Part shown: positions 38,076-47,439 of the stretch, piece by piece
Layout: each line of letters starts with the position of its first letter
Numbering within the stretch: the stretch's first letter is position 1
NCBI GenBank assembly: GCA_964544225.1
Contig: CAZIZK010000003.1
Span: 8,419 to 72,418, forward strand
Length of the DNA stretch: 64,000 nucleotides
Source: an uncultured Candidatus Saccharibacteria bacterium
GTDB taxonomy: Bacteria; Patescibacteriota; Minisyncoccia; Phycocordibacterales; UBA9973
Reading direction: 5' to 3'
Made by a program: the position numbers and the translations under genes
Notes under the pieces: model-generated
Seen by the model: only the letters and a program-made list of their open reading frames with translations
Told to the model about the DNA's origin: nothing
Database searches by the model: none

Positions 38076-38158
38076 GAATCTATGGGTATAATGGGCAAAT
38101 AAAAAAGGCCCCGTATGTACAAGTACAGTCGGTGCCTTTATAAAAAAATAGTCTTGAC

Positions 38159-38911
38159 TTATACCGGATTCATCATCAGGCATTTTTCGATAATAGCCAC
38201 ATATCCAGCTTTATCTGGCTCATATGCCCAAATTTGAGCAAGAGTAGATAAAGTGTTGTTTAGGAATGGTTTATGGTTTCTGTAAATCAGTTGATACAAC
38301 TGTTCTACACCCATATGCAGACTTTCCACAACATCAGGATCAGGTGACCCTTTGTAATTGTCTGGTGCATCGGAACCAAGCACCAAAAATGGATATTGCT
38401 TGTGTTCACCACGGCTCATCTCGCCGCAATCAATAGCATCAGTAAAATGGCTCATAGCACACTCTTCACCAAGTTCACGGGAAAGAGTAGCAAGCTTCAC
38501 CTCGCGTTGAAGTACTTTATGCTGATCATAATGTACATAAGTTTCAATAACTGTACGAGCTTTTTTTAATGAATCAACAAAAAGATCTCTGCGGGCTTTT
38601 TTCTCTTCGTTTGATCTTGCTGGCATTTTGGAAACCTTGGCTTCCATCTTGTCAGAAATTTCAGTTATTTCACTTACAATAAACTCTACCATTGCTTGGT
38701 CAATCTTGAGCTTTTCAGCACCAAGTTTATTTACAGCAGCGGTGATATCGCTGAATTGAATGGTGCCTCCAGGGAGGCGGTACTCGTGAACCTGTTTGTG
38801 GTCAGACTCGTCGAAGTAGTGCACTACGAGGATTTTCAAATCCCCATTAATCTTCACGCATGTGCCTGCAGTGAAGAAATCCAGTTGTATCATTTTTATA
38901 TATTTGTACAA
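38159..38911 (-). CDS. Hypothetical protein of 250 aa
   Basis: I recognise no domain. It is followed on the minus strand by an imperfect hairpin and a T-run at about 38104..38141, which suggests an independent transcription unit. Confidence 0.45.
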   Translation of the reverse strand: MYKYIKMIQLDFFTAGTCVKINGDLKILVVHYFDESDHKQVHEYRLPGGTIQFSDITAAVNKLGAEKLKIDQAMVEFIVSEITEISDKMEAKVSKMPARSNEEKKARRDLFVDSLKKARTVIETYVHYDQHKVLQREVKLATLSRELGEECAMSHFTDAIDCGEMSRGEHKQYPFLVLGSDAPDNYKGSPDPDVVESLHMGVEQLYQLIYRNHKPFLNNTLSTLAQIWAYEPDKAGYVAIIEKCLMMNPV

Positions 38912-38987
38912 ATCATATCACAAATATAGGAAAAGTCAAGGACTATACGGCCCTTACAAAACAAGGCTTTTGTGATAGAATACTTCT

Positions 38988-40757
38988 ATGGAAAACAATG
39001 AAAAATTAGCTCATATACGCCACACACTCGCCCACCTATTAGCCCAGGCAGTATTGGATAAATATGTCGGTGTAAAATTGACTCTTGGCCCTTCTATCGA
39101 CAATGGCTTCTATTACGATATCGACATGGGTACTAACAAGATAAGTGACGAAGATCTAGCAAGTATCGAGGCTACAATGAAAGCCAATCTTCCCTCTTGG
39201 ACCGAATTTACTCACAAAGAAGTATCCAAGGACGAGGCTCTCCAGATATTCGCTGGCAATACATACAAAGAAGAACTGATAAATGAAATAGCAGAGCGTG
39301 GTGAAAAGATCACATTGTATACATGTGGCAACTTTACCGATCTTTGTCGTGGTGGCCATGCCGAGAACCCTGCAAAGGAAATACCTTCCGACTCTTTCCG
39401 TCTTGACCGTGTAGCTGGTGCATACTGGCGCGGAAGTGAGGAGAACAAAATGCTCACTCGTATCTATGGACTAGCATTTGAGAGTAAAGGAGATCTTGAT
39501 GCATATATTACACAACAAGAAGAAGCAAAGAAGCGTGATCACAGGAAGCTCGGTTCTGAAATGGAACTATTCGCTTTCTCAGACTTTGTTGGCCCAGGGC
39601 TACCTCTTTGGTTACCAAATGGTGGGGCTATCACTGAAGAGTTGGAAAAACTAGCAAAGGAAACAGAATTCCTAGCTGGCTATCACCGTGTACGCACACC
39701 ACATATTGCAAAAGAATCTATGTATCTAACAAGTGGCCACCTGCCTTATTACGAGGAATCTATGTACCCTTCTATGGAATACGAAGGTGGTAAATATTAT
39801 CTAAAAGCCATGAACTGTCCACACCACCATCAGATATTTGCTGCGTCAAAGCGTAGCTACCGTGACTTACCATTACGCTTGGCTGAATACGGTACATGTT
39901 ACCGCCACGAAAAGTCTGGTGAACTATTTGGACTTATGCGTGTACGCTCACTATCTATGAACGACGCACATATATATTGTACCGAGGAACAATTTGCCGA
40001 TGAATTCCGTGCAGTAAATGAAATGTATTTAAAGTATTTCAAAATATTCGGTGTTGATAAATACGTAATGCGCTTCTCTACACATGCCCCGGAAAAATTG
40101 GGTAAGAAATACGTCGACCAGCCCGAGCTATGGAAGAAGACCGAAGATATGGTTCGCAATGTATTGATCGAGTCAAACATACCTTATGTAGAGATCCCTG
40201 ATGAAGCTGCATTCTACGGCCCAAAGATCGATGTCCAAGTATGGAGTGCCATAGGCCGCGAATTTACATTGGCGACAAACCAAGTAGACTTTGCTGTTCC
40301 TGCAAAATTCGAATTAACTTATACTTCAAATGAAGGCAAGTTAGAAACTCCACTTTGTATCCACCGTGCACCTCTTGGTACACATGAACGCTTTACAGGG
40401 TTCCTTATTGAACACTATGCAGGTATATTCCCTACATGGCTGTCCCCTGTACAAGTTTCTATAATACCAGTAAAGGAAGTTCACGAAGAAGAAGCAAATA
40501 AAATTCTAAATTCTTTGCGAAGTGACTTTATCCGTGCTGAATTAATCTCGGGCAATGAGAGTCTCGGCAAGCGTATTCACCAAGCAAAGAAGCTAAATAC
40601 TCCTTATGTTATAGTCCTAGGTGATAAAGAAAAGGAAAGTGGCATGCTCACTATCGAGACACGCAATATAGGTGCCGATGGTAAAGGTGAAAAGCTTTCA
40701 ATGTCCCTCCCCGACTTCCTAACCCACCTCACCTCCGAAATAAAAAACCGCTCATAA
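38988..40757 (+). CDS. thrS: Threonyl-tRNA synthetase, lacking the N-terminal TGS-like domain
   Basis: It has an editing (second-additional) domain, then the class-II catalytic core (DHRKLGSEMELF, YCTEEQF) and an anticodon-binding domain. It is 589 aa. Confidence 0.92.
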   Translation: MENNEKLAHIRHTLAHLLAQAVLDKYVGVKLTLGPSIDNGFYYDIDMGTNKISDEDLASIEATMKANLPSWTEFTHKEVSKDEALQIFAGNTYKEELINEIAERGEKITLYTCGNFTDLCRGGHAENPAKEIPSDSFRLDRVAGAYWRGSEENKMLTRIYGLAFESKGDLDAYITQQEEAKKRDHRKLGSEMELFAFSDFVGPGLPLWLPNGGAITEELEKLAKETEFLAGYHRVRTPHIAKESMYLTSGHLPYYEESMYPSMEYEGGKYYLKAMNCPHHHQIFAASKRSYRDLPLRLAEYGTCYRHEKSGELFGLMRVRSLSMNDAHIYCTEEQFADEFRAVNEMYLKYFKIFGVDKYVMRFSTHAPEKLGKKYVDQPELWKKTEDMVRNVLIESNIPYVEIPDEAAFYGPKIDVQVWSAIGREFTLATNQVDFAVPAKFELTYTSNEGKLETPLCIHRAPLGTHERFTGFLIEHYAGIFPTWLSPVQVSIIPVKEVHEEEANKILNSLRSDFIRAELISGNESLGKRIHQAKKLNTPYVIVLGDKEKESGMLTIETRNIGADGKGEKLSMSLPDFLTHLTSEIKNRS

Positions 40758-40770
40758 CGAGCGGTTTTTT
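40747..40770. terminator. Bidirectional intrinsic terminator shared by the convergent thrS and rdgB
   Basis: AAAAAACCGCTC-ATAAC-GAGCGGTTTTTT. Both stop codons fall inside or beside the hairpin. Confidence 0.6.
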
Positions 40771-41326
40771 ATTTATTTCTTTGAGATAACTTTAGCACAA
40801 GATCCTGCAATGCGCGACCTCGGTGGGATATCTTATTTTTCTCTTCTGGGGTAAATTCCACCATTGGCTTGTCGGTGCCATCTATCTGTACAAACAGGTC
40901 AAACTCGCGTGGGCCTGGGTCAATATCTTTAGGCATTATTACATCACCTTCGATAGTACCAGTTGCAATGACCGGATCTGTACCGTCATAAAATCCAAGC
41001 CTACAAGCCACCTGTATGCGTGAACCTGCAAACTTCACACCCATATCATATATGGGTATATGTGCTATAAAGTCTTTTATATACGGACCTGGGAACCCAC
41101 CAAGAGCTTCAAAGTGTAGTGATGTATCATCTACTAATACAGGCTTTTGAAAATATTCATAAGCAGCCATAAGCTTATGAAGGATTATGTCTTCTGGCTT
41201 ACCTTGTATTTCATTATACCCTTCAAGTGTGACTTGCTCGCAATCAAAAAATTTATCCAGTTCTATGGATAGCTCTCTAAACTTTAATGCGTTCCCTGTT
41301 ACAATTGCTAATTTTTCTTTTTGCAT
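40769..41326 (-). CDS. rdgB: Non-canonical purine NTP pyrophosphatase (RdgB/Ham1/ITPase)
   Basis: It carries the ITPase signatures IVTGNALKFRE and SHRGRAL. Confidence 0.85.
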   Translation of the reverse strand: MQKEKLAIVTGNALKFRELSIELDKFFDCEQVTLEGYNEIQGKPEDIILHKLMAAYEYFQKPVLVDDTSLHFEALGGFPGPYIKDFIAHIPIYDMGVKFAGSRIQVACRLGFYDGTDPVIATGTIEGDVIMPKDIDPGPREFDLFVQIDGTDKPMVEFTPEEKNKISHRGRALQDLVLKLSQRNK

Positions 41327-41373
41327 ATTTATGTATTACGCAATTCCCCGAGACAATAATCTCGGGGAATTTA

Positions 41374-43482
41374 TTATATATCCAAGTTTGCCATTTTGGC
41401 ATGTGACTGAATAAATGATTTACGAGGAGGAACTTCCGATCCCATCAACATATCAAATACTTTATTTGCTTCTTCTGCATTAGTTATAGATACTTGTTTT
41501 AATACGCGTCGTGCAGGGTCCATAGTTGTCTCCCACAATTCCTCGGCATTCATTTCTCCGAGACCCTTGTAGCGTTGTATATGGATCTTGCCTTTACTTG
41601 CCACTGCCTTGTCACCCTTTACTTTCTCTTCAGCCATTTCTGCTTCTGTACCTTCGGTATTTTCACCCCCACCTTCTTCTGCAGATTCTACTAGCAACTC
41701 TTCGAGCTTTGGTGCGTCTGCACCTAGTATGTTGTCGCGTTCTGTGTCAGAGTAAGCGTAGAATATTTCTTTACCTTTCTTGATCTTGAACAATGGTGGC
41801 TGTGCAATATATACATAACCAGCATCCAGTATTTGTCGGAAATAGCGATACATAAGTGTAAGTATCAGTGTACGGATGTGTGCACCGTCCACGTCGGCAT
41901 CGGTTGCTATGATTATCTTGTGGTAGCGCATCTTCTCCAGATCAAATGTATCACCTATAGATGTACCCATGGCGATAACCAAGTTCTTGATCTGCTCACT
42001 TCCTAGCATGCGGTCCAGACGTGCACGCTCCACGTTCAATATCTTTCCACGAAGTGGAAGTATCGCCTGAGTCTTTCTGTCACGGCCCATCTTTGCTGTA
42101 CCACCCGCAGAGTCTCCCTCTACTATGAACAGTTCTGCACCTGAAGCCTCACGGATCTGACAGTCTGCCAATTTACCAGGAAGTGTCATCCCCTCGAGTG
42201 CCCCTTTACGCAACACTGAGTCCTTTGCAGCTTTGGCGGCCTTACGAGCACGCATAGCAAGTAGTGATTTGTTTATGATAGCTTTCGCTTCGTCTGGGTT
42301 CTCTTCGAAGAAGGCATTGAATGCTTCACCAAATACGGTAGCCACTGCACCTTGGGCCTCTGTAGAACCAAGCTTGCCCTTTGTCTGGCCTTCGAATTGG
42401 ATCTCGCGTAGTTTTACAGATACTACAACCATCAAGCCTTCCAATACGTCATCACCGGTGAATCCACCATCGGACTCTTTGATTATGTTATTCTTCTTTC
42501 CATAAGTATTTAATATGCGAGTAAGTGCAGTTTTGAACCCGGTAATATGTGTACCGCCTTCTGGGTTATAAATATTGTTTGCAAAAGGTACAATACGTGA
42601 TTGCATGTCGTCTACATATTGTAGTGCTACTTCTACACCCACATCGTCCACCTCCTTCTCTACGTAAAATACAGTTGGGTGTATTGGCTTCTGGAGTTTG
42701 TTATAGAACTTTACGAGTGATACAAGTCCCCCTTCAAAGTAGAATGTTGTCGATGGAACTTCTAATCCCAAGTCCTTGAACCAAAATACTTCATCTATAT
42801 TTGTCTTCTTGCCTTTCAATACTTCATCGCCCATCTCGCGAGCATCGATAATATGGATCTTCAAACCTTTCACCAAGTATGCCTGTTGGCGCAAGTGGTT
42901 CACAATAGTGTTCCAGTCGAATCTTACTTGCTTGAATATTTCTTCATCTGGAGTAAATGTAATGATAGTACCCTGATCCTTTGAAGTTGAAACTTTTTTT
43001 ACATTGGCCTTCTTCTTACCTTGTGAGTATTCCTGAACATATCGGCCACCATCGCGGTGAACCTCGGCTTTTGTATATATAGAAAGTGCGTTAACTACAG
43101 AGGCACCCACGCCGTGCAAACCTCCGGAAACTTTGTATCCACTTTCGTCACCTCCGAACTTACCTCCGGCATGCAGTGTTGTCATAACAGTTTCAAGAGC
43201 GGAAACTTTTGTCTTTGAGTGTACATCTACCGGTATACCACGGCCATTGTCGGCAACTCTAACAGTGTTACCTGGTAGTATGACAACTTCGATCTGATTA
43301 CAGAACCCTCCCATGGCTTCGTCACGAGAGTTGTCGAATATTTCCCATACCAAGTGGTGCAAACCATCAATACCAGTTGAACCGATATACATACCAGGGC
43401 GTCGGCGAACCGGCTCTAAGCCTTCGAGGACCGATATCTCATTTGCGCCGTATTTTGCTTTTTTCTCTTCTTTTTTTGCCAT
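41374..43482 (-). CDS. gyrB: DNA gyrase subunit B
   Basis: It has a GHKL ATPase domain (HHLVWEIFDNSRDEA, GGLHGVGASVVNALS), a TOPRIM domain (EGDSAGG) and the PLRGKILNVE motif. An acidic insertion sits before the C-terminal tail. Confidence 0.93.
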   Translation of the reverse strand: MAKKEEKKAKYGANEISVLEGLEPVRRRPGMYIGSTGIDGLHHLVWEIFDNSRDEAMGGFCNQIEVVILPGNTVRVADNGRGIPVDVHSKTKVSALETVMTTLHAGGKFGGDESGYKVSGGLHGVGASVVNALSIYTKAEVHRDGGRYVQEYSQGKKKANVKKVSTSKDQGTIITFTPDEEIFKQVRFDWNTIVNHLRQQAYLVKGLKIHIIDAREMGDEVLKGKKTNIDEVFWFKDLGLEVPSTTFYFEGGLVSLVKFYNKLQKPIHPTVFYVEKEVDDVGVEVALQYVDDMQSRIVPFANNIYNPEGGTHITGFKTALTRILNTYGKKNNIIKESDGGFTGDDVLEGLMVVVSVKLREIQFEGQTKGKLGSTEAQGAVATVFGEAFNAFFEENPDEAKAIINKSLLAMRARKAAKAAKDSVLRKGALEGMTLPGKLADCQIREASGAELFIVEGDSAGGTAKMGRDRKTQAILPLRGKILNVERARLDRMLGSEQIKNLVIAMGTSIGDTFDLEKMRYHKIIIATDADVDGAHIRTLILTLMYRYFRQILDAGYVYIAQPPLFKIKKGKEIFYAYSDTERDNILGADAPKLEELLVESAEEGGGENTEGTEAEMAEEKVKGDKAVASKGKIHIQRYKGLGEMNAEELWETTMDPARRVLKQVSITNAEEANKVFDMLMGSEVPPRKSFIQSHAKMANLDI

Positions 43483-43560
43483 AAATTAATGTAAAAATGC
43501 CCTAAAATAAGGACCAATATTATGCGTATATTATATCAGATACAACTATTAAAAGAAAGG

Positions 43561-43590
43561 TAAATAACCCTTTATTTCAAAGGGTTATTT
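43561..43590. terminator. Terminator at the end of the surface-protein operon
   Basis: TAAATAACCCTTT-ATTTC-AAAGGGTTATTT. The stop codon of CDS 43572..45164 lies in the loop. Confidence 0.5.
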
Positions 43591-45164
43591 GGTGTATTTG
43601 GACTATTTTTACCAGATTCTAATTCAGGAACAAAAGCTGTTATTTCTGAATGTTTACTCTCTGCTATAATCGGTGTTTTAACATTTATAACAGGTGTTGG
43701 ATATTTAGGTTTTGGAGCGTCAGGAATACTATCGATAGATACATCCTCATTTACTTCAATTGTTTTATTTTCTATTGGTTTAGCTGGTTCGAGTGATATT
43801 AATTCTTCTTTTTTTATTATAGGTTTTATTTCTTCTGTTTTTATAGGTTTTACTATTGGCTGTACTGGTTGTTGTACTGGTTTTTCTATTTTGTCTATAT
43901 TGTCGTCAGACACAGATGTCTTTTTAAAGATAGAGTACACTCTGCGTAAACGATCCAGTATGTGGTGGCCGAACAAATAGTGCAGTAATAACTCAGCAAG
44001 TATAATTAATAATATTAGTAGCAATAGGTAGATAAAGTATTTTTTGAAAAATGAGATAAATGTAAAACCTGGATATAGGTCGACACTTGCTTCCCTAATA
44101 TTGCCGGCTGTATCGTATGCCCGCACAATAACTCGCATACTATCAGCTGTCGTATTTGGAGCCAGATACGGGCTCTGTGTTTCAATAAATACAGGCGAAG
44201 CCACCTCACCGCTATTATTATCCACTACTCCGACTTCATAATGATCTATTCCTGCTAGTGTATCTGTGGTCAGAAATGATACTAGATACTTTTTTGCTCC
44301 AACTGCGTCTTTTAGATTACTAACATCCAGGGAGAAATTTGCAGGAGGAGCTGTGTCTATCTTTATCTGGAAATGTGTTGTGTTGCCCCACACACCCAAC
44401 GCTATCGCACGTACGTGGAAATACCATATACCATTTTTCAAATTGGTATATGAATACGATGTATCATTGGTTGTAATATTTGTCGGGGGTATCGTATTGG
44501 GATTAGAATCCATCGCAATACTAAAACCTTGTATATTTGGTAAACTTTCCCAGCGCAATATAGGACTATTGTTGTTATACCACTGTTCTTGGATAGGGTG
44601 AGTTTCCGAAGATATTACTACACCTTCTGGAGCTTTGGGTGTAATAGTATAGAACCCGCCACTACGTGACAACTTTACATCGGTACCCAGACCATCATCC
44701 AGATTTGCACTAGAATAATCACTAATAGTTATCCCTGCATTTCCTGTTCCTATTGTTTTAAAAGTAATTGTAGCTATTAAACCCGAGCTTGTCGTAATAC
44801 CACCTGGGATAACACCGGCCATACTAGCGGTACCTATCTTGTTATCATACTTTGGAGCCTGGATCCATATACCAAAGATGGACTTACCACCTGAAGGGTT
44901 CACTATTGCCAATTTTGCCGGATTAAAATCTATCTTTAAACTAATAGTATTAATACGGTTCAAATTCGTATTAATATACACAGGAACTTCAAAGGTAGAC
45001 CCAACTATAAAGTTACCAGTACGGGGTGTTACGAACAATTCCGCCTTTGGTAAAAGCGATGGTCCATATAGATCTATAGTCTGAGCTTTTGTGTAGAATA
45101 CAGGACTGAACAATAAAAAACATAGATATATAGATATAAATATTTTTTTGAATACTTTTATCAT
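43572..45164 (-). CDS. Membrane-anchored surface protein with a cohesin-like domain (paralog 3 of 3)
   Basis: It has a signal peptide, a beta-sandwich region with a cohesin-like pattern (TFEVPVYINTN..ISLKIDF..AKLAIV...IATITFKTIGTGNAGITIS), a C-terminal transmembrane helix (YLLLLILLIILAELLL) and a cytoplasmic tail with KP/PV-type repeats. Confidence 0.55.
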   Translation of the reverse strand: MIKVFKKIFISIYLCFLLFSPVFYTKAQTIDLYGPSLLPKAELFVTPRTGNFIVGSTFEVPVYINTNLNRINTISLKIDFNPAKLAIVNPSGGKSIFGIWIQAPKYDNKIGTASMAGVIPGGITTSSGLIATITFKTIGTGNAGITISDYSSANLDDGLGTDVKLSRSGGFYTITPKAPEGVVISSETHPIQEQWYNNNSPILRWESLPNIQGFSIAMDSNPNTIPPTNITTNDTSYSYTNLKNGIWYFHVRAIALGVWGNTTHFQIKIDTAPPANFSLDVSNLKDAVGAKKYLVSFLTTDTLAGIDHYEVGVVDNNSGEVASPVFIETQSPYLAPNTTADSMRVIVRAYDTAGNIREASVDLYPGFTFISFFKKYFIYLLLLILLIILAELLLHYLFGHHILDRLRRVYSIFKKTSVSDDNIDKIEKPVQQPVQPIVKPIKTEEIKPIIKKEELISLEPAKPIENKTIEVNEDVSIDSIPDAPKPKYPTPVINVKTPIIAESKHSEITAFVPELESGKNSPNTPNNPLK

Positions 45165-46558
45165 ATTTCCTTATCAAGATCTTTAACTTCTTTAATTAAC
45201 AATTTCTCAGCATCTTTCAAGTCTTTCTTTATTTCAGACATTGAAGCATGGGCACCTGATGCAACATCGTCTGCAAGGATGCCAAAGCTCTTAGTAATTG
45301 TGTCTTTTGTTTCTTCTATTTTCTGACGTAACTTCTTGTGTGACTTGTGTGTTCTGTATACAAAGTACATAGATATGAGTAAGCATATCAATAGCAACCA
45401 TAATACAATTATGTTACTTGAGAACAAATTTACAAATTTACCCCATGAATTCAAGACAACTTGAAAAGTTACCGGGGCACTCTCTACACTCTGTGCGCCA
45501 TCTTCTATAACAGTTTTGGCTGTCACAGTGTACCCACCTAGTGTGACCTTTGAATCAGATACGTAACTGAACTTACCATTACTATTGGTATGTGTATGTG
45601 CGACTGTTAGTTGGTCTGTTACTGTATTTAATATATTGAGCAGAACATCACTATCAGGCTCGGCTAGACCCTTGAGTACTATAATATCTCCAAGGTGAAG
45701 TTCCGTAGGGTATGTTGTAATGATGGGTGTTATAACAACATTGTTATAAAACTTTATAAAACCATTCATGCTGTTGCCATACTTATCAAATGCTTGAACA
45801 CTTATATTGTGATCACCTTTTGACACAGGCGGTGTCTGGAATATATGAGTCCCATCATCTACCCACGAAATTATATCCAAAGAATCAATCTTTACTGTAT
45901 AGGTGTCGTCTTTGGCTTGTCTTGGGGATAGTATTAGAAATTTAGGAGGCACATTGCTTGCCATGTTCTCCTTTATTTGTTGTATCTTGATTGTAGAGTC
46001 ATTGTTGGCACCAGTTGTCTTGTCTTCTGTTACTTGTACTTTTGGAACAACCGAAGCCGATATATTGAAAGTGGCCGTACCCTTGCCAGATATTAGTTCG
46101 GTACCATTGCCATCATTTGCAAGTATAGATGCAGATATAAATGATACATTGGCAACACCGATTGCAGTTGCTTTGAATGTAAGTGTGGCAACTAGGCCAG
46201 CGCCACCACTGTAACCATTGCCACCGAGTATCCCCCCTATGAGTGAAGCAGTGCCCGCACTATTGGAAAAGGCTGGGTCAACGATCCAATTTGTTATAAT
46301 ACTTCCACCTTTTGATATAGATACAAGTTTCAGAGTATCAGTCGAGAATTTGATACTATCTTCAGTTGCATTCACTGGAACTCCATTTGTATTTATCAAA
46401 ACACTGACTTTTATGGTGTCACCAACTTTATATGAGCCGGAATTTGGACTGAGGTTGATACTGGCAGCGTGTGATATGTGCGACACGGTAAATAAAGCTA
46501 TTAGTATAAATAGTTTTATAAAATTTACATTAGAATATTTTTTACTTAATCTTTGCAT
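45161..46558 (-). CDS. Membrane-anchored surface protein with a cohesin-like domain (paralog 2 of 3)
   Basis: It has a signal peptide, a cohesin-like module (GDTIKVSVLINTNGVPVNA..IKFSTDTLKLVSI...VATLTFKATAIGVANVSF), a C-terminal transmembrane helix and a charged tail. It overlaps its neighbour by 4 nt. Confidence 0.55.
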   Translation of the reverse strand: MQRLSKKYSNVNFIKLFILIALFTVSHISHAASINLSPNSGSYKVGDTIKVSVLINTNGVPVNATEDSIKFSTDTLKLVSISKGGSIITNWIVDPAFSNSAGTASLIGGILGGNGYSGGAGLVATLTFKATAIGVANVSFISASILANDGNGTELISGKGTATFNISASVVPKVQVTEDKTTGANNDSTIKIQQIKENMASNVPPKFLILSPRQAKDDTYTVKIDSLDIISWVDDGTHIFQTPPVSKGDHNISVQAFDKYGNSMNGFIKFYNNVVITPIITTYPTELHLGDIIVLKGLAEPDSDVLLNILNTVTDQLTVAHTHTNSNGKFSYVSDSKVTLGGYTVTAKTVIEDGAQSVESAPVTFQVVLNSWGKFVNLFSSNIIVLWLLLICLLISMYFVYRTHKSHKKLRQKIEETKDTITKSFGILADDVASGAHASMSEIKKDLKDAEKLLIKEVKDLDKEI

Positions 46559-47438
46559 GACGCTTCTTCTTGTTCTTCTTTACAAACAATAGCGCCAATA
46601 GGACAATAATAAATACAATAACAGTAGTACCCAGTATTGCGTATAATGGCGGATATATAACTACTGTTGCAAAATTATAAGCAAAGTCAGTAGCCTTAAC
46701 TTTAATTATACTCTGATGTGACTGATCTTCCAATAGATATGGGCTCGATACAGCCTTCCATTGACCCAACAATCCCTCCTTTACCATTACATCCTTCATG
46801 CCTACCCCTCTATCTATCGCCTGAAATATAAGTGTGTATTTATTATCGAAAAGATTTTCGTCTTTTTCTACACTTGCTATCAATTCCGGCTTGTTCGTAT
46901 CATCTATTTTATAATCTGTATTAATTGATTCAGAATTTGTATCTATTAGCACAGAAGTAGACTCGATATTATTAATAGTTCCTAAGCCGTCGTTTTGAGT
47001 TACAACAATATTCTGTGTAGATACCAGAGCATTACCAACTTTTGTAGACTTAAATACTAATCGCATTATATTGCCAGACTTTTTCTTTTCACTATTGATA
47101 GTATCTATCACTCCTGTAAATCCGTTCGGTATAATACCTGAGAAATTAATTGTATCTCCTATTGTATTTGGGTGTATGAGCCATGCACGTACTATGGACT
47201 GACCATCTTCTACACGAACAAGCTTTATTGTATCGTTATTTGGTATTGATACGGAACCCTCGATACCATTGATATCATTGCCTTGTACATCGAGCATTAC
47301 ATCTATGTAGAACTCACTACCTACACCAACGCTCTTGTTGGGTATATCGAAATACACACTTGGGTTAGCCGCCTTTACCAGGCTAGGTACAAGAGTAAAG
47401 ATACAGACTAATAAAATTGTATAAAATATTTTTTTCAT
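46542..47438 (-). CDS. Membrane-anchored surface protein with a cohesin-like domain (paralog 1 of 3)
   Basis: It has a signal peptide, a cohesin-like module (GSEFYIDVMLDVQGNDINGIEGSVSIP...MRLVFKSTKVGNALVS), a C-terminal transmembrane helix and the basic tail KKNKKKRHAKIK. Confidence 0.55.
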   Translation of the reverse strand: MKKIFYTILLVCIFTLVPSLVKAANPSVYFDIPNKSVGVGSEFYIDVMLDVQGNDINGIEGSVSIPNNDTIKLVRVEDGQSIVRAWLIHPNTIGDTINFSGIIPNGFTGVIDTINSEKKKSGNIMRLVFKSTKVGNALVSTQNIVVTQNDGLGTINNIESTSVLIDTNSESINTDYKIDDTNKPELIASVEKDENLFDNKYTLIFQAIDRGVGMKDVMVKEGLLGQWKAVSSPYLLEDQSHQSIIKVKATDFAYNFATVVIYPPLYAILGTTVIVFIIVLLALLFVKKNKKKRHAKIK

Positions 47439-47439
47439 A

